A stretch of 64,000 nt of DNA from the human T2T-CHM13v2.0 reference genome, Homo sapiens (GCF_009914755.1 NC_060946.1); one strand, 5' to 3'. Positions 34,024 through 50,548 are shown, counted from the stretch's first letter. The notes: generated from the letters alone by a model not told the origin. Translations and numbers: made by a program.

Positions 34024-34229
34024 GGGAACATTTCTTTCAGATGGTAAACCTAAATGCTGCCTTATAAAATTAGATTTTAAACTCTTAATTTCTATAGTAA
34101 AATAATGCCTACCTTGTGATATTTCATAGAGGACATAGATTCAGAAAATAACTTTACAGATTACTTACAGAACTTCCTTACCATCTTGTTAATGATATAT
34201 CAGTATATCTGAGTTAAAAGTATAAAGTG

Positions 34230-34565
<336 letters not shown>

Positions 34566-35248
34566 TCAGAACATATACTTTTATATTCATTCTTAAAAAT
34601 TTAATTTTTACCGTTTTTAGCAGATTGTATGTGATCTTTGGTTTTAATCTCTTCTGCTGCTAAAGATATTATATATGGCTGATATTCCCCTACCCCCTAT
34701 CTCTTGTATAAGGGTTGAGTTTAAAAGGAAAATGCTTGTAAAATAAGTTATTTAGAAGGGTAACAATGAAATTTGTTAAGGTTGGTTTACTTACAGTTAA
34801 TCTTTTCTGAGAACATGGTCAGGGCTGCCTCCTCTTCCCTGTTGAGATGTATAAAGCAATAAGGTGCATGTGAAATGCAACCAGCCTGTTGTCTAAAAAT
34901 GTTAGTGTGTAATTACTTTGCTTTTCATTTCTCACATTTTTGGGTTTACATCTGGAAACGCCACTAAATGAAGACGAGTGATTTTTAAGCATTAATCACT
35001 AACCTACTGTTTCAGATTCTGTCTATTGCAGAACTTCTTTTGAAGAATGTATTTAGAACCTTTCCCACATTAAAAAGGTCAATTTATGTAAATGAAGAAT
35101 AAACAACATACTCTGTACCTCGTATGTAGTTACATACTTACACATGATTGATCTTTTGGTCATTATCTATTGAAACAGAGTTTTCACTTGTTAATAGTGG
35201 AAATTATCTTAAGTGTTGCTGGTTCAAGTGATTTATTACAAGTAAAGG

Positions 35249-35500
35249 TTTTTTTTTTTTTTTTTGAGACAGTCTCTCACTCTATCAAGTGGAGTGTCGT
35301 GTAGTGGCTCGATCATGGCTCACTGCAACCTCTGCCTCCTGGGCTGAAGTAATCCGCCCACCTCAGCCTCCTAGTAGCTGGGACTACAAGCATGTGCCAC
35401 CACGCCCAGCTAATTTTTGTGGGTTTTTTTGTAGATGATGGTTTCATCATGTTGCCGAGGCTGGTCTCGAACTCCTAGGCTGAAGCCATCTACCCGCCTT
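35249..35500 (-). mobile_element. AluJ (5'-truncated)
   Basis: TSD agtaaaggttttt. Confidence 0.88.
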
Positions 35501-37416
35501 GAGTAAAGGTTTTTTGATACAAGAAATGATTATAACTTGGAGTTCAGCTTGGATTCTGACAACTTACTAGATTTTTTTCCCCCTCGGGAGAGGATGGTTG
35601 TTTCTTGCTTAGGAAATGATAATATTTTAGCAGCTTATCTGTGCCCCACAGCTGGCAGAGTAATGCAGTATGCTGATCATGAAGTTGCATCTGGAACCCT
35701 GAAAACTTCCAGACCTTAATGTTTCCAAAGAGATAGAAAAGACACATAGCTTCTGGTGTGTGTGTGTGTTTTTTTTTTTAAAATCATGTTAGTTGGAGGT
35801 CTCATTGAACCAGGACAATGACAGAATTTTATATTTATATTTGTTTTATCTTTTTCAATGCATGGTCATCAATAGGGAAAAAGTCACACTAGGAGCGTTG
35901 AGCCCTGTGAGGATATCACACCTGACCCTGGAATGGCAGTTGTGTAAGGGTAGGAACTTTGTTTTGTTCATTGCTGTATTTCTAGTTCCTAGAATAGTGC
36001 CCATCACTCAGAAAAACACGATGAATGAACATCCACCACTTACCACAGTAGCTGAATGTAGCCATGCTTTTAACTCTCTGCTCGTCTGTTTTCATTTATA
36101 GTTGACTTCAACAACAGAGGTTTTAGAAAATTTGAGCAGGGAGTAAGACTAACCTATAGTAGTTTTACACAGTGGGTTTTGGTTAATGCTCATGATTAAT
36201 TTCTCTTCCCACCATAGAATGGTCTTACCCAACATGCTACAGAATTCTAGTTTCTGATATGTGAAAAGTTAATAGACATAAGAAAGGAAACACTAACAAG
36301 CTGAAAAAAATCACCTAAAATTGTGGCGGTTGTAAATCTACTTCTTAAAATTTTGCACCTCTTGAATTTTTAAAATACTGCCTCTACACTCAAATTTTTC
36401 TCTGGATCTGTTTCTTAATATTAAATGCATGTGTAAAAAAATCTATTTTAACAGCGAAAGTGAAAAGATTGTTTTAAAATTATTCAGTGTTGCCTTCTTA
36501 AGGTTTTGACTCTTAATTATCGTTCATTTGAAAGACAAGACTATGTAGAAAGTATTCTGTTGTTCTTTTGAAGTTAAAGTGTATCTCAGCCAAAAAAGTG
36601 CTGCTTTAGTCCCCAGTACCCCTCAACATTTTAGGAGGCCTGGCCAGAGCCTCTTAGTTTTCCCTCATGAATTTGGTTCAGACTTACTAGTTTTTGTAGC
36701 TGGGGTTCTTTTATTATATAAACGGTACAAATTGGTGTGCCTCTTTGCCCTTGTTGAAGCTGATGTGCTAGGTGGCACATCGATGATCACATAAACAGTT
36801 CTGTGTAGGTGCTAAATATGTCCATTCCTTTTTGGCCTTCTTAGGGCCTCTGTGCCCTTCGTTTTAGTCATTACCTCATTATTTTACAGAAAGGGACTTA
36901 GAGTATATTGTGTTAGGTCCCCCTCTCCAGTGAAAGCTGCATGATGATATCCAATACTGTAGTATTTAATAATTTAGTATATTTTTACTCCTTCAGGGTT
37001 ATCTTTTACAATGGACAAAATCCTGTCCATATGGGACAATATGTGTACCAATATGTGATGGTGAAAGTTTTACCCTCTTATTTCAGATAACTTCCAGAAA
37101 GGTGTATTTATTTATACCCCTCTTGGAGATGGAACCTAACAACCCTGCCCACCCCTCTTCCCTGTTTGTCTGTTCGTTAGTGCTTAATGTGTTTAAGCAT
37201 CCCTTGTTATTTTTAGGTAATTGCTTAGATTTAATGCAACCACATTACATTCTGCTACCTCTACTAATACGTGAATGTTCAAGGTTACCCAAACATAACT
37301 ACTCTTATTCCTTAAGGTATATACATGACTGGTATCATGGGAAGGTACCTTATGGTACCAGAGAGCTTCTTTCAGACTCACCTCTACTTGGCCCTTTTTT
37401 TTTCTTTCAAATGAGT

Positions 37417-37748
37417 CTTTTTTTTTTTTTTTTTTTTTTTTTGTCTCTTAAATTTAAAAGAGACGAGGTCTCACTGTCATCCAGGCTGAGAGTACAGCAT
37501 TGTAATCATAGCTCGCTGCAACCTCGGACTCCTGGGCTCAAGCAACCCTCCTGCCTCAGCCTCCCGAGTACCTGGGACTACAAATGTGTGCCACCATGGC
37601 TGGCTAATTAAAAAATTTTATTTTATTTTATTTTTATTTTTTGTAGAGATGGGGGTATTTCTTTGTTGTATAGGCTGGTCTCAAGCAGTCCTCCCACTTC
37701 GGCCTCCCAGAGTGCTAAGATTATAGGCATGAGCCACCACGCCCTGTC
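37417..37748 (-). mobile_element. AluJ
   Basis: Diverged Alu. Confidence 0.85.
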
Positions 37749-38339
37749 TACATGGCCCTTATCTGACAAATAGTCCTAAGAGGCATGAGCAGTTTTTAAT
37801 TTGCTCGCAATGTTTCACAATGACACACTGTTTCTAACCAAGCAGATGTTTGACTGTGGTTACTGGGAAGAATAGTCTTTGCCAGCATTAAGCCCACCTA
37901 CTCGAACCTTTTCTGTTGAATCTCTCGTTTGGTCCATCTCTTGGAAGTTAATCAGCACCTGTGGAAACTTTACACAAACACTTCTGTATTACTGAAGATA
38001 CCTCATCTTTTTGACAGAATAAATTATCACGTGATTTTTAGAACATGTCAGATAGCTTTTACAGCAGATATAGTGATTTTCCTGAATTAAATCTAGCACC
38101 ATCAATTCATTCTTGCCCTTCGACTTGACCTGTCTCTTGAACCATTTCTCCCCCAATTTACCTGTTGGACGTACATCTACTTGGGAGGTCACTGTTAAAG
38201 CCAGCATATCATAGCTCGATAACTTCATTGGGATCTACCCTTCATTTCTTAATGATAATATCCTTTTTCTAGTTACCATAAGCCTTAAAATTTTTCAGTT
38301 ATTTTTAACAACTTGCTCTGCTTCCTTTTTTTCCATTAT

Positions 38340-38643
38340 TTTGTTGGTTGTTGTTGTTCTTGTGACAATCTAGGGTCTTACTTTGTTGGCCAGGCTGGAG
38401 TGCAGTGGCACCATTGTGGCTCACTGCAGCCTTGACCTCCCGGGCCCAAGCCATCCTCCCATCTCAGCCTTCTGAGTAGCTAGGACCACAGGTGTGTACT
38501 GCTATGCCCAGCTTTTTAAATTTTTATAGAGATGAGGTCTTCCCATGTTGCCTGGACTGGTCTTGAGCTCCTGGCTCCAGTGATCCTCCTGCCTCAGCCT
38601 CCCAAAGTGTTGGGATTAGAGGTATGAGTCATTGCACCCGGCC
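38340..38643 (-). mobile_element. AluJ
   Basis: Diverged Alu. Confidence 0.87.
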
Positions 38644-38840
38644 AGACATAATTTTTAAAAAGCAATATAATGTCCTTGCTCTAATAAAAAGGAAAAATAA
38701 AAAGGAAAATAATTTGTAATAGTATATATTTCATGCAAATACTCAGGTAGAATTATACTCTTGCAGGAAAAGGTTCTACAGATTTACAAATCCCTCAACT
38801 TTCCTGCTGTACTATGTTGTATTTAATACTTAGTTAAGCA

Positions 38841-38904
38841 ACTTAATAGCAAGACTGGTCTTCATACTAAATACTTAATAGCAAGACTGGTCTTCATACT
38901 AAAT
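38841..38904. repeat. Perfect tandem duplication, 32-bp unit
   Basis: acttaatagcaagactggtcttcatactaaat x2. Confidence 0.95.
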
Positions 38905-39107
38905 ACAGTTCGTCTCTGAAGTTGCAAATTATGAGTAGCTGTTTTCATTGTCATATAGTGTGTGTGAATAATATGGCCTGAGTTATAAAACATAAAAGTT
39001 ATTGGGGAGACAAAAATATTATGTTTAAAATGGTTAAGACACTTCATTGTTGCATATTTAGCTTTCCTTTATGGTTCTTAGTTAATAATGTACCATATTT
39101 TACTGAC

Positions 39108-39410
39108 TTTTTTTTTCTTTTCTTTTTTGAGATGGAATCTCACACTGTCGCCAAGGCTGGAGCGCAGTGGCGCAATCTCAGCTCACTGCAACCTCCACCT
39201 CCCGGGTTTGAGTGATTCTTGTGCCTCAGCCTCCTGAGTAGCTGGGACTACAGGTGTGCCCCACCACACCCAGCTAATTTTTGTATTTTTAGTAGAGCTG
39301 GGGTTTCGCTGTGTTGGCCAGGCTGGTCTTGAACTCTTGACCTCAGGTGATCCACCCACCTTGGCCTCCCAAAGTGCTGGGATTACAGGCATGAGCCACC
39401 GCGCCTGGCC
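39108..39410 (-). mobile_element. AluSx-like
   Basis: Full dimeric Alu. Confidence 0.92.
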
Positions 39411-39601
39411 TTGACTTCTTAATTTCAGAGTTTTGATATTCTGAGCAATCTTGTTCATTTATGTGACTCCATGTCATTTAAACAGCTCAAATGGATGAGT
39501 CGTGTTTGCACAACTTTAGAGAAATTGTCACAAAGGAACAGGTCGGTTAGATGTTTTGTCTCTGTAAAGTTCAGATTGTTGCCTACTGGTGACAAGAATT
39601 C

Positions 39602-39904
39602 TTTGTTTTTGTTTTGTTTTTTTGAGACAGAGTCTCACTTTATTGCCCAGGCTGGAGTGCAGTGGCGTGATCTCGGCTCACTGAAACCTCCACGTCTCGT
39701 GTTCAAGTAATTGTCCTGCCTCAGCCTCCTGAATAGCTGGGATCACAGGCGCATGCCACCACACCCAGCTAATTTTTGTATTTTTAGTAGAGACGGGGTT
39801 TTGCCATGTTCACCAGGCTGGTCTCTAACTCCTGACCTCAAGTGATCCGCCTGCCTTGGCCTCCCAAAGTGCTGGGATTACAGGTGTGAGCTACCGTGCC
39901 TGGC
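39602..39904 (-). mobile_element. AluSx-like
   Basis: TSD gaattctttgtttt. Confidence 0.92.
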
Positions 39905-40394
39905 TGAATTCTTTGTTTTTCTACCATATTCTCCTTACCCTTTTTCTTAAACAAAAGGTCAGATCCCTTGATAGAAGCCAATTATGTGTACAAAACACCT
40001 TAAAATAAGTCCAAGCCTGGAGTGTCTGTGATCTTTTTAGTTTTGTAAAGTACCTGTTCCTGTATTGGCAACGATTTACCCAAGAAGCCACCAGAAATGA
40101 TGCTTGCTTGACTGAGAAAAACTTAAATAAGCCTCTCTGTGGGGTTTGAAAAGCTCTGTTCTCTACAGTTCTGCAATTTCTGAAGGCATGCTAAGGCTTG
40201 ACTGGGTCTGTTCTGTGCAGTTATAAACATTCTAAAATCTGTGGTTGACTAAATACTCCATGTTGCACCAATTTAAAAATCTCATTGTCATAGCATTATG
40301 ACTGGTAGAGAAAGGTCTTGTGGGGAGATCTAAGTGGCTTAACTTGATTCTTAGGATATTTGTCATTATAAAATAACTGTTTTTTCTTTTGCAG

Positions 40395-40447
40395 ACTTCC
40401 TTGTGAAACCTCCTAGTAGAAAAAGTTCTTGGGACAAACTTCATTTG
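40395..40447 (+). other. MTMR3: MTMR3 5'UTR non-coding exon (53 nt; probably exon 2)
   Basis: Acceptor ttttttcttttgcag|ACTTCC and donor CATTTG|gtaagt. No ATG. It lies in non-repeat DNA upstream of the ATG exon, and its size fits my recollection of MTMR3 structure. Confidence 0.85.
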
Positions 40448-40775
40448 GTAAGTTTGTTTCTCCCCTCCTGCCACCCCCGCCCCCCTCCAATACTCTCTCT
40501 GTGCTGTTTCGAGGCAAGGAAAAATTAATTTACAGGTTGATTTTTGGGGATCTGTTTGTCAATGTCCATGATTATTTAGATGAGTTTTTCTATGTTCACT
40601 TTAATGTCCTTACATGTGATTATTTTTTTTTTTCACTAGGACTCATACCAGGTCACTTTTTCTATATATAATTGCACTGTAATAGTGTACTGGAAAACTT
40701 GTATTTAAGTTGAGATTTTGAGTTGCAGCACTAATCATTTGTCTAAAATAAATAGATTTATCAATCTCCAGTTGT

Positions 40776-40777
40776 AT

Positions 40778-40816
<39 letters not shown>

Positions 40817-41026
40817 TTGATATATTTTTTGAGACAGTCTTGCTGTGTTTCCCAGGCTGGAGTACAGTTAGGTGATTATAGCTCACTGCAGCCTTGAACC
40901 CCTGGGCTACAGCAATCCTCCTGCCTCCGCCTCCCAGTTGCTGGGACTACAGGTGTGTGCCATCAGGCCTGGCTAGTTTGGAAACTTTTTTTGTAGAGAC
41001 AGGATCTCGTTCTGTTGCCCAGGCTG
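40776..41026 (-). mobile_element. Truncated AluJ with a (TTTA)n tail
   Basis: Alu motifs. Confidence 0.85.
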
Positions 41027-41126
41027 ATATAGTTCTTTTAAATTCAAACTTGCTTCTTGTTTTGAGTTTTCTTAAATTGGTATATATCTATATGAAAAAT
41101 AAGACCTCTTATTACTAGAGTTAGTT

Positions 41127-41453
41127 CAGCAGTTCCCCCTTACCTTCTTTTGCTTTCCAAGGTTCAGTTATCCAAGGTCCAAAAGTACTAAAATATCAAG
41201 AGAGCAAGAAAGAGAGACACTACACATTCATATGACTTTCATTATAGTGTATTGTTGCTTGTTCTATTTTGTTATTAGTTGTTGTTAATCTGTCACTGTT
41301 TCTAATTTATAAAGTAAACTTAATCATAGGTACATACGTAGAGGAAAAACTATATATATATATATGTATGTAGTTTTCAGTACTACCTGTAGTTTCAGGG
41401 ATCCACAGGGGGTCTTGGAACATATTCCCCGAGGATAAGGCAGGGGATTACTG
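41127..41453. mobile_element. MER44A-like (Tigger7 family) DNA transposon fossil
   Basis: Degenerate terminal inverted repeats cagcagttccccctta.../...ggataaggcaggggattactg, then TA. Confidence 0.75.
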
Positions 41454-42702
41454 TAGTGCAAATATGAATTTTAATGAGAAAAACAAGTTCTGAAAAATTT
41501 GCGAGTTCTTTCTCCAGTGTGGCTACTAAACCTTGTCCTTTTTCAAAAAATGTCCTTTTCATAGACCTTTGTGTGTCTCTTACTAGGTAAATCTTTATTA
41601 GTGCCTCTTGTTTCTGCCACCTGTTTAGGGAACTGTAGTACAGTTTTATTAGAAGACAAGTTATTGCCTTGGTTTTAAGTTCCTAAATCCAGATCATTTC
41701 CTTGTTCAGGAACTGTTGCCTTGCTATTGCCTCTAGAACAAGGATCAAACTCCTTAGCATAACATTTCAGGTTCTTTACAGGTAGGCTTCAAACAGCTTG
41801 TCACCTGTTTTCTCTGTGTACCAAGTTCATCTCTTGTAGCCACACCGACCTACCTCCTGTCTCTCAAATACTCTCCAAGGTGCTTTTTTGTCTTACTCTG
41901 CCGCCATGCCATTCCTGCTCCCCTCTTGTCTCAGTGGCTCAAAATTTGGCTGGTTCAGTTATTAAAAGCTTGAGTCTTCCAGAAAGTCTTCCTTAAGTGC
42001 CCAGCTCAGAATCTCTTTCTCTGCTTTTTGCATTACCATGGAATTAAATTTCTGTATCTCTTAACATACTCTTGTCTTATTAGTTATATTTGTTGGTCAC
42101 CCCCACAGGATTGGGAATGCCCTTGAAGGCAAGAACTATATTGATATTTGAATTGTCAGTTCACAGAAACACTCCTAGACTCCTGGGATACCAATGCCTT
42201 CTCAGTATAAATTCTTCTTGACTAGGGTTTTTGTTTTGGTAAGAATAGGGGAGGAGAATAGATTGGTTTTAGTAGAGATTGGTCAGCATAGTCTTGTTGA
42301 TTTAGGTTACTGTTTTTTCCCCACTTTTCTGTATAGTGGAGGATCATAGGGTATATATAATCTGTGCCCTTGTAGTCCAAGTTGCTCCGTGTATTACTTG
42401 AGGTATTCTTTGCAAGTATAAGTTTTAGTTTTTGATAAGGAATTGAGTAATTTCTCTTTAACAGGTGCCTGAAAGATGAGATTCCATGTTCAGTAGGAAG
42501 ATTAAATGTTGGTTTGCTTCTGTAAAGATTTCTGAGAAGTCATATCATGGGGTGGTACTGATGATGGAGCTGAGAGAAGCATGCAGGTTCCAGCTGTCAA
42601 ATTCTCATATATTAAGGAAAGAAAGGTTATTTCACCTTCAGGCTTGGAATAGGAATCTTAATCTTCATTTAGCCAGGGGGGTGGGGGAGTGTTGCAGATT
42701 AG

Positions 42703-43424
<722 letters not shown>

Positions 43425-43489
43425 CACGTTCTTATCTGAAGAAGCATGATCTAGGTTTGAAGAGAAAGATGTAAATGTATTTAATTTTG

Positions 43490-43810
43490 ATGCCAGGAAA
43501 CATACTGTTTAATTAATATGTGCCCCAGATTAAAGGAGACTAAAGAGATATAAAAATAGCTTCAATATATGATCCCAGACTAGATCCTTTACCAAAGGGG
43601 GGAATATTGCTGTGAAGGATAAAGGATATGATTGGATTCATTGACAAAATTGGAATAGATATGGTAGATTATTATATCAGTGTTAAATTTTCTGAAATTG
43701 AAACTAGAACTGTGGTTATATGAGAGATTATCTTTCTTAGGAAATACATACTGAAGTAGTAAGAATTAAAGAGATATTTGTATGCAAGCCTCTTTTAAAT
43801 GGTTCAAAAA
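43490..43810 (+). mobile_element. L1MC/ME 3'UTR fragment
   Basis: attgacaaaattggaata...tgttaaattttctga...cttaggaaatacatactgaagta. Confidence 0.65.
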
Positions 43811-43954
43811 AAATGCACGTGCATATGCGCGAACAAAAAAGGAGACAGTGTTGGAAACTGTCCTATCCAAATTCTCTGTAATGAAACATTTAATGAAGTA
43901 CAGTCTTTATATAACCATGTGTTGTCATATGTATGTACATGTACATACTAATTT

Positions 43955-44130
43955 AAAAAGTGCTTATTACATGCCAGTAACTATTCTAAGCATGTTATAT
44001 GCATTATATCTTAATTCTCACAATTCTTTGATGCAATGATTGTTCTCCTTGTTTTCTCGATGAAGAAACTGAGGCTCAGAGAGGTAGTATGATTTGCTCT
44101 CAAGGTCATAGAGTTAGTATATGGCAGCCC
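43955..44130 (-). mobile_element. MIR
   Basis: gatgaagaaactgaggctcagagagg core. Confidence 0.8.
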
Positions 44131-44869
44131 TGAGGGCCATTGCTTTACATTCCTGATTGTTTTTTCTTGAGGCTATTATCTTAACACTCTGAGTTTAAAT
44201 GAAAACCTTTCATTAAAACTTATTTTGAGTTTTCTGTTTAAAAGCTTTTTTTGTAGAAAAATTTGTTATCCTAATTGCAAATGTTTTAAAAGTTTAAAAA
44301 CTGAAAGTTGCTGCTCCCACTCTCTTCCCTAGGAAGGTAGATTGTTAACCATTATATAGTTTTTTGTGTATGTATAAACATACTTTGGAATTAATACAGA
44401 CAATGCTTAGGCATATTTTTATTTTAACTTTTAAAATTACAGAACATTGAAAACTTATGGCAAGTTGATAAATATGTGTTGTGTTTTTTTTAAATAGAAG
44501 AGTATGTAGTCTTTGGCAATAATAACCCCTCTGCAACCCTTCCCCCAAATTTATATGCTTTTACCTAGTATATTCATTTTTAAGAATAATTAGGGCTACA
44601 GAAATAGCGACTTGTGCATAGATATGGATAAGGGTGGTTGTTGCGGCTTTTTTGGTGGCAATGGAAAAATGGAAACAACCTAAATGTCTCACTAATTGAT
44701 GGATGGTTAAGTTATGATACATTGGGGTATAATGGAATACTGAACTGCCATATGTATATACTGACATAGGAGGGATTTGTTATATTAATTAAAGAATATA
44801 TACTGAAGAAACTACAGTATGGCTACCCCACCCCACCCATTTTGGGGGTAGATAATGTGTGTCTTTGTA

Positions 44870-45464
44870 CACTCATGTGCCACATAATGATGTTTTGGTT
44901 AGCAACAGACCCAAGATACGATGGTAGCCTCATGAGATTAAAATGGAACTGAAAAATAACTATCACCTAGTGGAGTTGTAGTTGTCATAATGTCTTGGTA
45001 CAATTACTTTTTAAAAATAAACTTAGTGTAGCCTAGTTGTATAGTGTTTATAAAGTCTGTAGAAGTGTACAGTAATGTCCTAGGCCTTCACACATTCACT
45101 CACTACTCACTGACATACCCAGAGCAACTTCCAGTCCTACAAGCACCATTCATGGTAAGTGTTGTCCTATACAAGTGTACCATTTTAATCTTTTGTATCA
45201 TTTTTACTGTATCTTCTCTGTTTATGTATGTTTAGATATACAAATAGGGAGCACTGTGTTACAGTTACCTACAGTATTCAGTACAGTAACATGCTGTGCA
45301 GGTTTGTAGCCTAGGAACAACAGGCTATACCATATAGCCTAGGTGTGTAGTAGACTGTCCCATCTAGGTTTGTATAAATACCTCTGTGATGTTTGCACAA
45401 CAGCTAAATCTGCTAATGATGCATTTCTCAAAACATGTCTCCATTGTTAAGCGAAGCTTGACTG
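44870..45464. mobile_element. Tigger3-family DNA transposon fossil
   Basis: TA-flanked cactcatgtgc...cttgactg, with the internal catagcctaggtgtgtagtag motif. Confidence 0.8.
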
Positions 45465-45743
45465 TATGTGCATAGAGAACTGTCTGGATAGACTTATGAA
45501 ATAGTTAACAGTTGCTATATTTACATGTAGATGAACTAAAGGGCAGTAAGGAGTGAAAAGCGAACTTCTGCTTACCAATTTTTTTTAAATAAGTTTAACT
45601 CAGATATATTAATAACATAAAATTCACATACTATACAATTCACCCATTTAAAGTGTACAGTTCAGTGGCTCAGTATATTCACGAAGTTGTGTAGCCATCA
45701 CCACAGTCCATTTTAGGACCTTTTCCTCACCTCAGAAACTTCA

Positions 45744-46050
45744 GGCCAGGTGTGGTGGCTAATGACTGTAATCCCAGCAGTTTGGGAGGCCAAGGTGAGA
45801 GGATTGTTTGAGGTTGGGAATTTGAGACCAGCCTGGACAACATGGTGTGAGCCTCCCCTTTTCCCCCCACAAAAATAAAAATAGCCGGGTGTGGTGGCTT
45901 GCACCTGTGGTCCTGGCTACTCTGGAGGCTGAGGCAGGAAGATCGCTGGAGCCCAGGAGGTTGAGGCCGCCGTGAACCATGATCCTGTGATTACAGCACT
46001 GCAACTCCAGCCTGGGCAGCAGAGCAAGACCCTGTCTCCAAAACAAAACA
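45744..46050 (+). mobile_element. AluJ
   Basis: TSD-like agaaacttca/agaacttca. Confidence 0.88.
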
Positions 46051-46261
46051 GAACTTCATAGCTGTCAACCTCTCTTACCGTCGGTCTTTCCCAGCTCCTG
46101 GCACCCACTAATCTGCTTTCTAAGATTTTCCTGTTCTGGACATTTCATATAAATGATATCATAACAATATGTGGTCTTTTGTGACTCGCTTCATCATTTA
46201 GCATAATGTTTTTAAGGTTCATTCACGTTGAAGCATGTATCAGTACTTCATTCCTTTCTCT

Positions 46262-47044
<783 letters not shown>

Positions 47045-47999
47045 CACTTAATTCCTTTCTATGGCCAAATAATTTGCCATTGTTTAGATATGCCACATTC
47101 TGTTTATTCATCCATCTGTTGATGGACATTTGGTTTCAGTGAGCCTAGATCTTCACGCCACTGCACACCAGTAGCCTGGGTGAGAGTGAGACCCTGTAGT
47201 GGAAAAAAAAAAAAAGAGGAATGAAGTACTAATACGTGCTTCAAAATAGCCCATCCCACCTTTGGGCTACTTTGAATAAATCTGCTATAAACATGTATTT
47301 GCAAGATTTTACATGGACATGTTTTTGTTTTCTTGGATATATACCTAGGAGTAAGATTGTTGAGTCAAATGGTAACTCTGTGTTTAATTGAGCAACTGCC
47401 AGGCTATTTTTCAAAGAGGCTGCACTATTTTACATTCTCACTAGCAGAGTATGAGGTTACTTGTTTACTTTTTACATCTGTATCTTATTTACTGAGTGCA
47501 TGCATTACTCGTATATCTAATTTTAAGAAGTATTACACTGCTTATCAGACTAACAGTAATGACTCAATTTCTTCCTTTTGTACTGTTGGTATAACTACCA
47601 CTGTGGGGTTCACATTTTACAAGTCAGGTGCTGTAATGAACCCTGAATATTTCCTAAGGATTGGTCACATCTGCGATTTGTAGTGTTTTTTGTTTGTTTG
47701 TTTGTTTGTTATTTTACATAATACCCAGAGTGGTCTAATGCTCTTTCTAGTTTTAAAAGGAACCTTTAGCAAGTACTTGATTCTGATGGGTTGCACAGTT
47801 TCCTGTGATCTTGGCTTTTTCTTATGGATTTGGAATTCCTATAGCAGTTTTAACTTTTCTCAGATACTTAAAGCAGCACCTCTTACTTTGAACTATTTTA
47901 ACTATTTCTTGTCTCCTCTGGACTGTAAGTTCTTTAATCTCCCTTTGCTGCCACATCTAGGCCTCTACCTAAACCTGTGAGTTACACACCAGGATATCT

Positions 48000-48610
48000 T
48001 TCACATACTTAGGCTTTTATCCGTACTGCCTCCATTCTAAATCAAGCCACTAGTCTCTTACTGTAATTGTCTCCTGGTTCTCTTCTTTATTCTTTTTCTC
48101 TTTTAATCCATTCACCCCACATCAACCAGGGTGATCTTAAAATCAAATCACGTCACTCTGCTATTTAAAACCTGTCAATGGCTCCCTGTTGTATTTGGAC
48201 TGTATTTTAAACTTACTACTATTCACATGATCTTTTCCTTTACATTTCTCCAACTTCAAGTTGTGCCACTCTTCTTTCTGATTCGGTACAGTTTAGCTAC
48301 AATGGTTTCCTCCTTTTAGTTCTTCAAAATTATCAAGGTCTTTCCTGTCTGAGGAACACATGCACTTCCGTATATTAGAAACTGGCCTTGCCCCACCAAG
48401 TAGTCTTTTCTGATCACTTTATCTAAAGTAGGTCTTCGGTACCCCCAAACCCCAGTCCCTGTCTCAGCATCCCGTTTGTTTCCTTTATCACATTTAGCAC
48501 AATTTGTAATTATTACCATCTTTTTCTGTCTTCTGCGATGGTATATAAGTTGTATTAATGCAGAGCTAACAGTGTCATACTGTCTAACACATACTAGATT
48601 ATTGGTAAAT
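48000..48610 (+). mobile_element. L2 3' fragments
   Basis: aaatcacgtcactctgctatttaaaacctgtcaatggctccc and related L2 motifs. Confidence 0.55.
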
Positions 48611-48774
48611 TTTGACTGACTGCAGTGCAGAAAGAACATCATTTTACAGAATCTATTTGGTATAGAAATGGAAGGCCTTATTTCTGGGTGAAGACTATGT
48701 TTAAATTGAGACTTTTAATGCCGAGTGGCAAATCTTTGTCTTGGTATTTCTGTACTCATTAAAAAATTAGAGTA

Positions 48775-49090
<316 letters not shown>

Positions 49091-49374
49091 TTATGTATAT
49101 ATATATAATGTGACTGCAGATTGAGAGTTTATTTTGTAATTGGAATTTGATTTCTAGTTCAGTGTCACTACAGATGAGTACATTTTAGTTGGGACATCCG
49201 GGATGCTTGTGAGAGTTTTTTCAGATTTCTCTGAAAAAAATCTGAAAGACGTAACAGTGCATATTGATAGGCTTACTGTATAAACAGTGGTTTCATGAGA
49301 GATAAAACTTTGACTCTTTAAATTAATTCTTCAATAACTGGAGGTTTTGAGGTAGAATTGCCATTATGGTTAAA

Positions 49375-50079
49375 AAAACTTTATGTGAAAATTTCAAATA
49401 TATAAAAGTAGAGAAAATAGTTTAATAAATCTCCATTAACTTATCTCACTGGTCTTCAAAAGTTACCAACTCATGACCCATCTTGTTTCAGAGGTACTCC
49501 TACTCATTCTGCCTACTCCTTGGTATATAACTTTATGTATTTTATAGTTAAAAGATAAATTCTTTTTAAAAACCCATCACCACACACAAAAACCTATAAC
49601 CACAGTAACATTGTCAATTATATAGAAAATTAATAACTCCTTAATATCATCAGATATTTAGTATGTGGTCAGATTTCCCTAATAGATGTCTCAGCTTATA
49701 CTTTGAATAAGAATCCAAATAAGATCTATATATTGCAGTTGGTTGACATGGTCACTTAAGTCTCTCTTAATTCTGTAGGTTTCCCTTCTATGTCGGTCTT
49801 TTGTCTTGCTATTTAAAGAATAGGGGTTATTTTCCTGTAGTTTTCCATAGACTAGATTATTATTTGCATCTTGTATTTCATTAGCAGTTGTAAAATAGTA
49901 TTATCAAATTCTTTTCTTTGTATATTAGGTAGAATTCTTCCCTCATCAACTACTTCATTCTATACTAGTTCATTTTGTGTAAGAAAGGCGGGATAGATAC
50001 TTGATTCTTTCCCCTTACTTGCTAGTTTTCAAAAATAAAAGGTTAGTTCCTTAACATCTTCCACTGGTGACCTGTAGGG

Positions 50080-50128
<49 letters not shown>

Positions 50129-50440
50129 TGTCTCTGTGTGTGTGTGAGAGAGAGAATGTTTCTTTATGAACTCATATTTAAACATCCTGAAACCCAATCC
50201 ATTGCATTTAACCATTTTGCTCAAATTATTTCATTTTTAGCTAGTGAGTCTCTTCAAATTGACTCCCAATTATTTCTGACTTACCCTCAGTAGTCTTTTA
50301 TATGTTTCTTACATTCCAGTTTAATATGATGTTTCAGAATCAAATTGTACATTTTCTTTTCTAGACCTGGAATTGGTTATATTTTCTTTCAGGTGCCCCA
50401 TCTTCTTTTGAAGTGGGAATTAGTCTTTAGGGACCACAGT
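49375..50440 (-). mobile_element. L1MC-type 3'UTR fragment
   Basis: gaaaatttcaaatatataaaagtagagaa...ccttaatatcatca...cagatttccc motifs. Confidence 0.6.
50080..50155. repeat. (TG)n/(GA)n compound microsatellite
   Basis: Read directly. Confidence 0.95.
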
Positions 50441-50547
50441 CTAGGGGCTTAGAATGCTCATTGCTGCTGGGTTGATACTGTAACTTTTTTGCAGCGTTTA
50501 TTTTTATCTTATGAAGAGTTTGATTATATTGTTACTCTTCACCTCTG

Positions 50548-50548
<1 letters not shown>

